Source: Lingula anatina (Eukaryota; Animalia; Brachiopoda). Taken from it: 64,000 nt of DNA. This document shows, in pieces, positions 53,074 to 64,000 of this stretch (positions are counted from its first letter, which is position 1; each line of letters starts with the position of its first letter). The position numbers were made by a program, and so were the translations under genes. The notes under the pieces are model-generated. The model was not told the origin of the DNA, did not search any database, and was given only the letters and a program-made list of their open reading frames with translations. Where the stretch lies: positions 50,818,788 through 50,882,787 of the forward strand of contig CM120640.1 in assembly GCA_051362555.1 (NCBI GenBank), written 5' to 3'.

Positions 53074-53767
53074 TGCCCCTATTTCACACAGACCACGAAT
53101 CCCACGAATCGCCAGGAATTGACAAATTTCAGGATTCGTGAGATTTTGCAAATTTTCTGGCCTAATTCGGTACGTTCTACGATTCAGTTACGATACAGGT
53201 GCGATAGTGTTACGAATATTCGTGGGATTCGGCTGGTATAGCACGAATATTGTCAAGAATTCACAACGATTTACAAGAATCTATTACGAATACTGCACGA
53301 ACGTTACGAATCAATAAGGAATCAGTTAAGCATACGCCGAATGCATGCACTAATTGGGTACGAATAAAAGTATTTTATGGACTTTTCTTGACATTTCGTG
53401 GTATTTCCGTTTCGGCGAATATTCGTGGGATTCGTGACTGATTCGTCGCCGATTCGTGAGTTAAGAATACATACGAATGCCTACGAATCGATTACGATTC
53501 AGTTACATGTACGATGCCTAAAAATGAAATACGAATTTGTTACGAATTAACTACGATTTTTTGGAATCGGGAGTTCGTGGCCAAAATTTTGAACAGCTCA
53601 TAATTTTTGCCACGCATTCCCGATTGATCAAGGATTGCAAGAACTGACTACGAATACATACGAATCTGTTAAGAACTTCACGAACTGACTACGATTCAAC
53701 CACGAATCCTGAAATTTGTCAATTCATGGCAATTCGTGGGCTTTCTGGTCTGTGTGAAATAGGGACA
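53074..53767. mobile_element. PIF/Harbinger-type MITE (~690 bp) with ~67-bp TIRs and a dense internal YACGAAT/ATTCGTR motif array
   Basis: Left tgcccctatttcacacagaccacgaatcccacgaatcgccaggaattgacaaatttcaggattcgtg versus right reverse complement tgtccctatttcacacagaccagaaagcccacgaattgccatgaattgacaaatttcaggattcgtg. Flanks TAA and TGA. Confidence 0.88.
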
Positions 53768-56700
53768 TGAGAAATGTTTCAAACTCACCTGTGACGTGAC
53801 TACTCTTTATATCTATGATTTCCTGGAAATCAGGTGCCACAGATTTTAGCCTCAAGCATTTAAAATCTCATATGTATGAATCTCTCTCAGATTGACCTGT
53901 GAATAATTCAACTATTATATCAGGTGTTGTTACATGTGGTAGACCTCCATGCTCCAGTTCAGCAGCAGCAGCTGTGCCTTGAAATGAATTTGTAAGAACC
54001 AAAGTTGCAGAAGAACTGGCACGTTTTGACGACAAAAGAAAATCATATGAACTAGAATTGAACATATCTATTACATAATTGCAAAACTGCTTTTATCAGT
54101 TATAGATTTAAACTTCATGTTGTGGAAATGTGTAAAACACCTTTGATGGGATAGTAGGTCTGCTACTCAAGTCACTAAGCATATGGGTAATTTTGTAAAC
54201 AAATTTACATGTTAAGTGAGAAAAGCGCCGCCTCTGAGTGAGATATACTCAACTATACATGTACATGTACACTCAAAAACAAACCTTAATGATACGTCAG
54301 TGTCAAAAGCGGGGACGCCTGGCTCCAGATCCACACCTCAAAAAAAATTACTATTTTTTGCTGTGGTCACTGGTTTAGCTTACGCCTGTCTCTCCTGATC
54401 CACTTCTTTTATCATTGCATTCAGTTCCTCTGACTACTTTTGGGCTAATCGTTTACTTCTTTTCTCTCTTCTCCTTTAGGCAATAATAAAAATAACACAA
54501 ATGAATAAACGTGTCACCAGATTTCACCTTGGGATATATACCACGGTATCCAAACGTAAACACTACAAAAACAAATGTCAAGGGCGATGATAATGGCATG
54601 GACGCCAATGTTGTTCAAAACATTATTCTTGGGACATGCAACTGTTTATGTGGTATTAAGCGGGGTATACTATATCATGCTATTTGCAATATTTAACCTT
54701 AAATGATGGACTGTGTCTCTTAACCTGACCGACAGGCACTTTTAACCGAACCTAATTAAAAGTGAAGAAAACGTCAATTAAATCTTACGGTCACGCTTTT
54801 TAAGAATGTCCCTTTGGTGATTTTAATGAAATAATGTTTTCAGATATGCATTCCCTGAAAATATCTTGGTTCTTCGCTACACATTGGCCACATGGTAAAT
54901 GAAGTAAGGTGGGTCTAGTGTCTTTCATTTACCATATTGACATGCAGCCTAGAAGATCTTATCATGAAGATGTTTTCAAGGTATTGTTTTAAAACAGACC
55001 GGCTGAAACATATACAGGATCAAGAAAGTACCATGTAAACATTTAGATCCAACTTAAGAATTTTACTAGCACTGGGGTTAATGTTTATAATACGGAGGAG
55101 ATGGATAATAGTCTCGAGATAAGACAGTAACGTGATTATTATTATTATTATTTTATTTTTATTTTTTTTTTTTGACAGCTTTCGTACACTTGAGCAAACA
55201 AATCAAAAAGGTTAAAGGTCAAATTGAAAAATAAAAGATCTTCCTTAGAGCAGAGAATTTTATTCTGGAGGGATGAATGCAATCTTTCCTGTCGGGACAG
55301 TTATAATCATGATCAATGTGTATCATGTGCCCAGTTTCAAACGAAGGCCTAACACTGAGATCTATTGAACAAATTCAGCCCATCCCATTTTATACCTCTT
55401 ATCATTAGAACTAAAACTAAAATTCCTGGAACTAGCGCTTAAACCAAATCAAGACTATCGTTCAAAGTCTCTGCAATATGCTCCTTAAGGCGTGATTGGA
55501 CACCATAAAAAGAGGTGGTAAGTATGATCGATTCATTTCAGTGAGTTTGCATTAACTTAAATGTCGCCTGGGAAAATATAGAGTAACATGCAATCATTTA
55601 CGATCCTAAAATTGTGCGTACGTCTTACAATGACAATACCAGAAAAGGCCAATTAATCGAGCCGCCAAAATAATTATAATCATTATATGGCAAGTTACTT
55701 ACAGCTTTATCTACTATTCCCACTTCTCTGTCCTACTCTGTTATCATGAGAATATCATAACCTAAGTCATTTACCTGTCCCATAACTATTGCCCTGGTAC
55801 GACCGGGTTCAATAATAGACCACACATATCTTTCTTTTTAATTCTGATGTCAAAACGTGATGTATTCGCCAATTCCAGGGTTGTAGTGAGTTCGTGTTCG
55901 CTTCTTGACACTCATTCCACGCCGAAGCGGTGTGATTAGGCGTCCTCTTATCATATACAGTCATTATGCCTCTCCCTCAGGTTGAGATCGAATCTAAAAG
56001 CCCCTTTTTCCAATTTGCTATCAATTATAAATGGTCATTGTCTTTGTCTTTGTTTTCCTTACTCATCAAAACAAATAGAGGTTTTGCATAGATCACATAC
56101 TAAAAAGTGTCCTTGACAATTGGCTTTCAATTTTATAACGCTAAAAGGGAAACAAAAGGATAGGTAAAGTCCAGCTGTGTGCCCAATTAAATGATAATGG
56201 AGTGTTGATAAAGCATGGTTATGTTCAGATTTTGAAATGGCAAAATTTTCCTAGCTTCGTGCATCAAACATGTCATAACATGCTATACATGCTTAAAAAC
56301 ATAGTTCTGAGAGAATACCAAGCGGGATTATCATTTGGATGATAACACAACATCCAAATTCAAGAAAAAAGTGGTTACGTCTGAAAAACGATTGGCCAGT
56401 TTTTAAATATGGCGATAAATGTAAACAAGTCTATAGAAAGACGATAATCCAGAGATGACTTTGTCTACTGTCTTACCGAGGTGACTCTGACTATGTAACG
56501 GTACAAGAGGGGGGATAAACTGCTGTAATATGAAAACCTATTCTATACCTATATTATCCAGTTATTTTTGTCGTTACAACTTTGCTGCAAACTCACTTTC
56601 TTGTGGTATTATAACTCAACGAGTATAGTATATCGTTGAATGGTGAAGCAAATAACTTCACAATTCACGATCAGAGTCTTGGTTCCAAGATGAACTTTAG

Positions 56701-59668
56701 AAATGATTTATCTTTAATAAGCAAATTGCAGAAGCATGTTACGCTTTGGGGACACTTCAACCGACATATGGGAAAACGTGAATGTGGTCAAATCGTGATT
56801 CAAATCAAACCATGTGCATAAAAATTCACCTGATGCAGTGGCCCTTGGGTTTTTTTCTAGCATTTATTTAAGAACATATACCCTGAAATATAGGGTACAA
56901 TGTTGTGTGCTTTACAGTGCAGAAAAAAACTAACATTTCTCCTCATTTTGGCGGTGTTATTGGATTTCTCATTACTGGTTTATACTTATAGACTGCTGAT
57001 CAAAATATCATTAATAGGCAGAGAGCTGGCTTTGTCTTTATGTGTCATTTTTCCAGTTGAAGTACCTGGAAGCTTATAATACTTGTCGGGTGTAGATAGA
57101 ATTCGGTTCAGGGGCTAAGCACCAAAACTGGTATGCTTATTGACAAAGATATGAACAACAATCGGGTGCGACAGATTTTTCAGAGGATCTTAAGGATGCT
57201 TAAAGCGTTTGTCAAAAACTCAAAAACATATGTCTTCAGTGTTCAGTGACTATTTTACTTCACATTTACACACATTTCATCTCACGGGTGACGTCATAAT
57301 TGCAATTTTGGGGTAAAAATGGAAAAGTCGGTTTCTCAAACTCCTTTACCTGAGCACCCATGAACATTATATGATATATGATAATAGCCACAGCCATTAT
57401 TTTATAAAGGCTCTTTTAGCGTGATTGTGGCTAACAGGTATATGTCCTTTATGGCACATGTGTTTGTGATTTACATTGTTATTTGTCAGTTCATCTGAGA
57501 ACGTGATTTAACGACAAAAGGTCAGTATTTAATAGAACTTATACGCCACTACCAAAGAGGTACCGCATAGATCTACAGTATGTACTAGGCTGTCCATAGA
57601 TACAAGGGTGCCCATAGATTTAATTTTACTATTGAATAACAACTAGGCAACCGATTATCGTGTAAATTGTGGATGTGGGTAATAAAACATTGACAAACCT
57701 AACGTGACCATTAAAATACCCCAACAACTTACATTTTTATACGGCTCCTTAGTGATCACTTAAAATTCTTACTTCATGTAGTAGATTTTTCATAAAAACG
57801 TTTAGTTATTTTTCATTTTATCAACAGTGATTAATATCATAGATTGACATGTGTCTCGCCGCAGTCCATAAAAGAAAATAAGCGTCGAATCCTGAATTAT
57901 ATATGGCCAATAAACAATTATCGACACTCGTTGTATTCTACATCATCCCGTCTGACAGACAATGGTAATGGGGTCTCAATAAATAATACAAGAAAACGGA
58001 AATTTTTATATTGTTTGAATTATGGGACATCAATTTACGTGCCATTACGATTATTTCAGTGTAATGTTTATGTTTAAAATTACACCCATGTGCCCGAGAG
58101 AGCATGTGCCCATATATGTCTATTGAGTCATCTGTGGCGATCATTAAAAAATATGTAGTTCGAATTTAAACTCCGAACGAAAAATGATCTTATTATATGC
58201 GATAAGTCATTGACTTGTGTTAAATTAATTTCTAACAAGACCTCATTTTGTTGGCAAAACCTACTTGTAGTACCAATGTTACAACTGTTCATAGCCCAAT
58301 CTTTCACTATGCCGCTTTAGCTTCTCGATAATCTGAAGATCTCTTAGCATCGCGATAAAAGCACCGATAAAATGAAAACTCGGAAGAAACTTCCACCCTT
58401 AATTTTATTAAAGCAAGGGACCCGAGACTCGGTTTTTGCCTTATTGTGGATACATTTAAGTGGATAAGTTATGGGTTGGTTAAAGCTATCAATACCATAA
58501 AACTTCTAATTCTCAACCATGCTTCCGTCTTCTTACATTAGTGTTATTCGGTCAGAAGCATCAGTATTCTATAAAGGAAAGGCGTCCGCTTCCTGATTAA
58601 GCCGGTTAAGCTCCAAGGCATACCGATACTCGTACAGTGTGCAACATGTTCAGCGTGCAACAGATGCAGCTAAGAAAAAAAAAAAAAACGCGTGATTGAT
58701 TTTAGTGAAAACATAACAAGACAGGGCATGGGGACCATTTATGACATACAAATTAAAGACTAACACAGTGCATGGTTGAAGATGACGATGAAAGATTGGC
58801 TGCCTGGCATTACTGGGTAATTTCGATTTTCCTAAATAAGAAGTGTCAAGAAGTTGATTTGGACTAACTGTCATGGAATATAGGTTTCCCGCCCCCCAGA
58901 GGTAGAGGTTTAAGTGATGAAAAACATTCCATCTTAGGGATATAGAGAGATATTATATTGTCATTGTGATAAGTCGAGTTAGATTGCATAACGGCTGCAA
59001 ATCCCTAAAGTATCTTATTTTGTCGATCTGAATGGTGTATACTTATCTCTAAACTGCTGTTGTTTCCAGCTCCCAAATGCCAATAATGGTGCTATGATTT
59101 AATCTCTGTATATGTTCCATAATTTACGGAAGGCAAAAAGCCTTTTAAGGGCCAAACAAATGCCATTAATATTGTTCTTGAAACCCACGGTGCTTTGGAA
59201 CACTTCAATGTCAACTAGCTTAATGATATGGCATTCTAAATGCCTTTACATTAGGTTTGATTTCTGTTGATGGATGATAATGACTGAAAAACAGTATTGC
59301 ACATGCCTTGACTGTAATAGCCTGCTTGGCACTGTTATCTCCCTTGCACCTTGTATATACAAAATTCACAAACTTTGATCAATTTCCTTCGACTAATTTT
59401 GCATTATCAGATAAAAATCCAGGAAACCCGATATGGCATAGCCATTAGTACTCTAAAGACCAATTCCCATTACAAAGGACTAGGTCTTCAAATCATTCTT
59501 GAAATAATTGATCGCTCGACAGATTAAGCTTGCGTTATAAATCAAGATGGGTTGCCAGGGAATAATTATTTCTGAATTTAGAACGCATTCATATATCATA
59601 TAATTTATAAAAATTCTATTATAGTACAAAATAGTGCAAAAGTTAAAAAAACACACATACATACACAC

Positions 59669-59670
<2 letters not shown>

Positions 59671-59715
<45 letters not shown>
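59671..59715. repeat. (AG)n microsatellite
   Basis: About 22 perfect AG units. Confidence 0.95.
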
Positions 59716-59718
<3 letters not shown>

Positions 59719-61991
59719 AAAAAGGAACAGTTACCTTTATACCTTTATATACCTGATATTTGATTTCATATATATATTCAAATAAACCGCGCCGTTCTCT
59801 CGGGACAAAAGGACACAGTTTAAGACTACAAGAAGAGTTCAATTGTACAATAGAAAGGTTGGGAGAGCATTTTAAAAACAAACAATTTATTTGTCACTGA
59901 TTTCAATACATGCTTTAAACAGTTTTAAAACCCCCTTTCTTTCCTATGAATGGCATTTTGAACTTTGAACAGCCGTTCTAACATACACCATGTTTGACGT
60001 ATTGACGGCGCAACTGGTAAATGTAATAATAAGTAATTACCCAGTGTTAATCATAAATATATTTAACAGACTAGATTGCATGTTGGTGTACATGTACACT
60101 TTCTATTCTTTTAACCTGCGACAGGAAACGGGTATTCTTCACTGAGTGGCAATATAATAGTTATTCAGGCGTGACAGGAATGGTAGTTCGCTAGGAACCG
60201 TAGTCCGCTTCCCATTACTTTGTACAGGTACATACTAACCCCAATTCCCTGACTAACCCTGACCTGTAATGATTATATGGGACTTCGAACGTCCTTTCAT
60301 CTTCGTGCATAAGGGAATGAATGACCAGCTTGTCGACACTCATTGTGATTTTCTTTTCTGTTGCATTACCCATGAGCAATAGACTTTCAAGCATTCAGAC
60401 AAGCCAACATTTAACTGAAACTACAGCCCTTGATATTGGTTCCATCATTAGCCGTCCTGAATCCAATACTTGTTGATTAATTAATCTGTCTTTACCACAA
60501 GTACAATGTATCTATGTATTAATAAATAAACTATGATAAAAGAATTTTGTATTTATTTAGGGCAATCTTTGCCAACTATCTCTTACTTTTTTTGACTGTT
60601 AAGTAACATATCTTAAATCTTTTTGATGTCGCATCTAGCGTAAAACCATTCACTACGTAACCGCAATCTAGACTCGCTTAATATTTTAAAAGAAAATGGC
60701 GACAAGATCTCATTTGGGTTGCATTATTTATCTATTTTCTTTTGCTTATAGCATGAACAGCTTGAACGGCGCAAAATAGTTCCACGATATAGGCCTAATA
60801 AATCTTCGTATTGTGTTTATGTGCAGGTCAATCGACCAAATTAAAGCCTTCTGAAATCGAGTTTTTCACCACAGTCTTTTTTCACATCTTGACATCGTGC
60901 GGTATAGTTTGACAGGCTGTACCGGTTCAATATGAGAGTAGTTCAGTTGCAGGGAGGAGGGTGGGGGGGTACTCGATTTGACAATTTCGCTTGTAGCTGT
61001 TCAGGCGGAAGTTAATTATTGACCTTGCCGAGCGCGAGGTCTCCGTTAAGGTCTCTCTTTCGTCGTAGTCAGGCTATAAAGATGTCAATCTCTCGCTTGA
61101 TGTGAAAAGCACTCAAGTATCTTTATTTTATTCACCTTAACGATAACAAAGAACAAATCAGATGGTCACTAATGAGCTTCTTTCATGTGAACAGATCAAT
61201 TGTATCGCGGTTCAAGACTGATAAATCTATTTCATTGAGCACAGAGCGGTACACGAATTTTAAGGGCCTACGTGCACTAGCTGAATCAATTAACCACTAA
61301 ATAAAATATGTACGTGGATAAATGCAAACATTTTATTGTGCTGGTCCAAAGTGCACACAGTCTCTAATTAATTATCGCCAAGGTCTACATACGTATACCA
61401 TTTCGCGATCACTACAAAAATAAACTTTTAATTACAATCGAAACACCACACCAATTTTACGGCACAGGCAACACCAAGACCACCTACCATTACCAAATAT
61501 TGCTTGAATTCTTATCCATGTTGCGGTGCACAGCGTGCATTTCTGCTCTTGGGTATTTCAGTTGCTCTGGCGAGAAAGGCATATAGTAGTTTGTCCCTTG
61601 CTGCAGAACTGCTAAGAAATGATCGGCCTCAGCAGCCACTCAGAAGACAAATTTTGCACATGCGACGAGCACGCCGACGACAATTGATTGACGTTCCGTG
61701 GGCGGATTCCGGTATATAATTATATTCTTTAGAGGCCATGAACGCTGAGCTATGACTGGGTGGTTTAAATGACTACATTTTAATCATTTTCACGACAATG
61801 GAGTTGGTCCAGACGATAAAGGGGTTGATTCTCCTCTGCAATGCTTACTCCAATTCATGAAACAGGTGCTCAGTAGGATTAATACCAGGACTCAAAATCG
61901 GTTGCCCCATCTTCAGAAAACCGTGTTTCTGCAAAAAATCACTCACCAGACGAAAACTGTGAGCAAGTGCGCATGTCTTGTCGCGATGATA

Positions 61992-62214
61992 AACTAGAAA
62001 AGCACTCAGAGAGCGCAGACTTCCGCCAAGAAAATAATTAACTTATAATTAACCAATGCTTAATTAATTAATGTGTTATCACCAAAATCAATTACTTTTT
62101 GTTTGTCTATTTCTGACGTATCCTGAAAAAAATAATCAAAGTCCACCCATTTTCGAGCTAGAGTGGTGACGAGCAAAAAGACGAACAGACAAACTGAGGT
62201 GAAAACATTACCTC
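61992..62214 (+). mobile_element. Helentron/Helitron2-type non-autonomous element, 3' end truncated
   Basis: Starts AACTAGAAAAGCACTCAGAGAGCGCAGAC(T)TCCGCCAAG and ends ...gacgaacagacaaactgaggtgaaaacattacctc. Both ends are recognised from a widespread repeat family of aquatic animals (from memory). Confidence 0.6.
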
Positions 62215-62299
62215 ATCTAATTGTTCATGATTTTAAGACTGAAGCTAGTTAGACGCCCTTCACACAGGGCTACGACCTTTGTGCCTTTTTTTATGCAGC

Positions 62300-62780
62300 T
62301 GTAGGCAGGAGGCCGTAAACCTGGTGGGTCCGCCCCTGGCTGACACAATACAGAAGGTTACAACAGCCGACTTATGCAAGAACCGCGACTAGAAAAAGAA
62401 GGATCGTTCTATAATAACCTATGCATGGAGCCAGCGATGTTAGATTAATTCTACTAAAGGGTTAATTGGTCCAGGATTTGCGAATTAAAGATCTATTGGA
62501 GAATAGGCAAGTTTAGAGGATGTCTTAAAGCTAGCTGTGACCCTACGTTTCTTTGCCACTGGCGAAAAGTGCCTTTGCTCTCAAAGCAATTTGTTTGACT
62601 CCAAATCCGACTGTTTGTGCAATTTGATAAACAGATCATCATGTAAAATAAAAGTAAGGTGATGCAACAAAGTAGTTCACGGAAAGCAGAAGAGAAGCAG
62701 AAGCATTTACAAAGTAGTCGAAATGCTGGCTTGGAGACACCGCAGTCAAAATAACCAGCGTTCAATGGGTGGAAATGGTC
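62300..62780 (+). pseudogene. Decayed PIF/Harbinger transposase, N-terminal half
   Basis: Colinear motifs with stops and frameshifts: WWVRPWL (62322-62342), RLMQEPRLEKEGSFYNNLCMEPAMLD, GP...KD..WR, SLEDVLKLAVTLRFFATG (to 62563). These match the Harbinger consensus WVRPWL...LM.ELR.ED..SF.NFLRM.P.MFD...LEPGLKLA.TLR.LATG. Confidence 0.78.
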
Positions 62781-64000
62781 AACCAAGGAAGGTACCATGA
62801 GGGGAGTAGCATTGTAGATAGACTTTGGGTCAAAAAGGTTGCCCCACCATTAGTCCTATGTGTTGCTATCGAAATCACTGTGGAAAATCATCTTTAAGGG
62901 GGGCGTTTGTTCTTAATTTGAATAAATGGTATAGTTATGGACATCTTTACCGGTATTTGGGCTTTTTTAACCCTAAGTCATGTTAAATATGGTGTATGGA
63001 ACAAAAACACTATTTAAAACGGTTTACAGCTCCCATACGATCATTTGTAAGCAAAAGCACATAGGATTGAAGGTGGGACAACTTTTTTAACCAAGGGTGT
63101 AGAGTCAAAATTCCATCTAATAATTACGTGGAGAACAGTGGCCGATCACTGTGCATCAATTCTGCAACCAAGGCAAAAAAAACCTCCTCTCAGCTCCCTT
63201 TCAGCAACCAACTTCCTTTGCTATCTTTGTGCTGTTATTTCAAACCTGTTAAAGAATTTACCGTAGACCGTTAACTAACAAGGTCTTTAGCGTTATTAAA
63301 AAAAAAAACAAATGCTTGTCAAACTGGATATTTGTGCATTCTAAATATCATTATTTACAAACTTGTACCTTATATGTCCGAGAGAAACATCAATACAAAA
63401 CATTCTTAAAGTCTTATAAGGGTGGTCAAAGGTTCATTGCTAAGGCCGATAAAGAAGGGAAATCTCTTTGGTCTTTTTTGACCTTTTTATACAAAGCGTT
63501 ACAGTAATAAACAAGATGCTGAACTAAAAAGACCTTAATATTGAAACAACTTTTCACGCGTTATAAAAGATGGTGAATCCGAGATAGTGAATGCTTACTA
63601 GACTTTACGGGATTCTGCGCGATAACCTTTGTATGTGTCCTCGATCTATAACTACGGTTTTCTAAGATGATAATAACGAGATTAAAGTTCGCTGGCATCC
63701 TTTGTTTGCTTTCAAAACACCATCCAATCAATTAAGTGCTGTATAGGTAAGGGAAGTTTATAGAATGATCAGATTTGAGGACACAGTCATTTGACATATC
63801 TGGAAGCGACGTTAAATTTTTTTATTGTTTCTTCAACAATGTGGATATTAGAGAATTTTTTAATCATACCGTAGTTAGTAGCACGTTTAGATACAGGCTT
63901 TCTTGTGTCTGTATGGCATCTGCTGATAACATTGAGAAAGTAGTTTGTAAACACTCATGCGGTCTGATCTGTGATCTAGTCTAAGGGTTCCCATAGGCTA

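Noticed and set aside
62326-62338. GGGTCCGCCCCTG as the right end of a hAT MITE
   Set aside because: Better explained as codons of the WVRPW motif in the Harbinger transposase remnant. No matching left end or TSD.

Overview
AT-rich eukaryotic genomic DNA from an invertebrate animal, probably a marine lophotrochozoan (inferred from gene content and repeat types, not proven). Four protein-coding genes all lie on the minus strand. (1) UBOX5/RNF37, a U-box plus RING E3 ligase with a single coding exon. (2) glass, the five-C2H2-finger photoreceptor transcription factor, with two coding exons. (3) Allantoicase (ALLC), 11 coding exons reconstructed by hand (390 aa), ending in a peroxisomal SKL signal. 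(4) An intronless alpha-2-adrenergic-like GPCR. The distal ~25 kb upstream of the GPCR has no recognisable host gene. Introns and intergenic DNA hold many transposon relics: at least six MITEs, a 2.5-kb TIR element with six same-orientation 16-bp motifs on a ~172-bp register, Helentron-type non-autonomous elements, and decayed Tc1, Harbinger, L1/Tx1 and possibly MULE coding remnants. Two kinds of probable excision footprint are visible: a P-element-like mini-palindrome with a 7-bp duplication, and TA to TACATGTA. No tRNA, rRNA or CRISPR array was found. All homology calls come from recalled motifs, not database searches.
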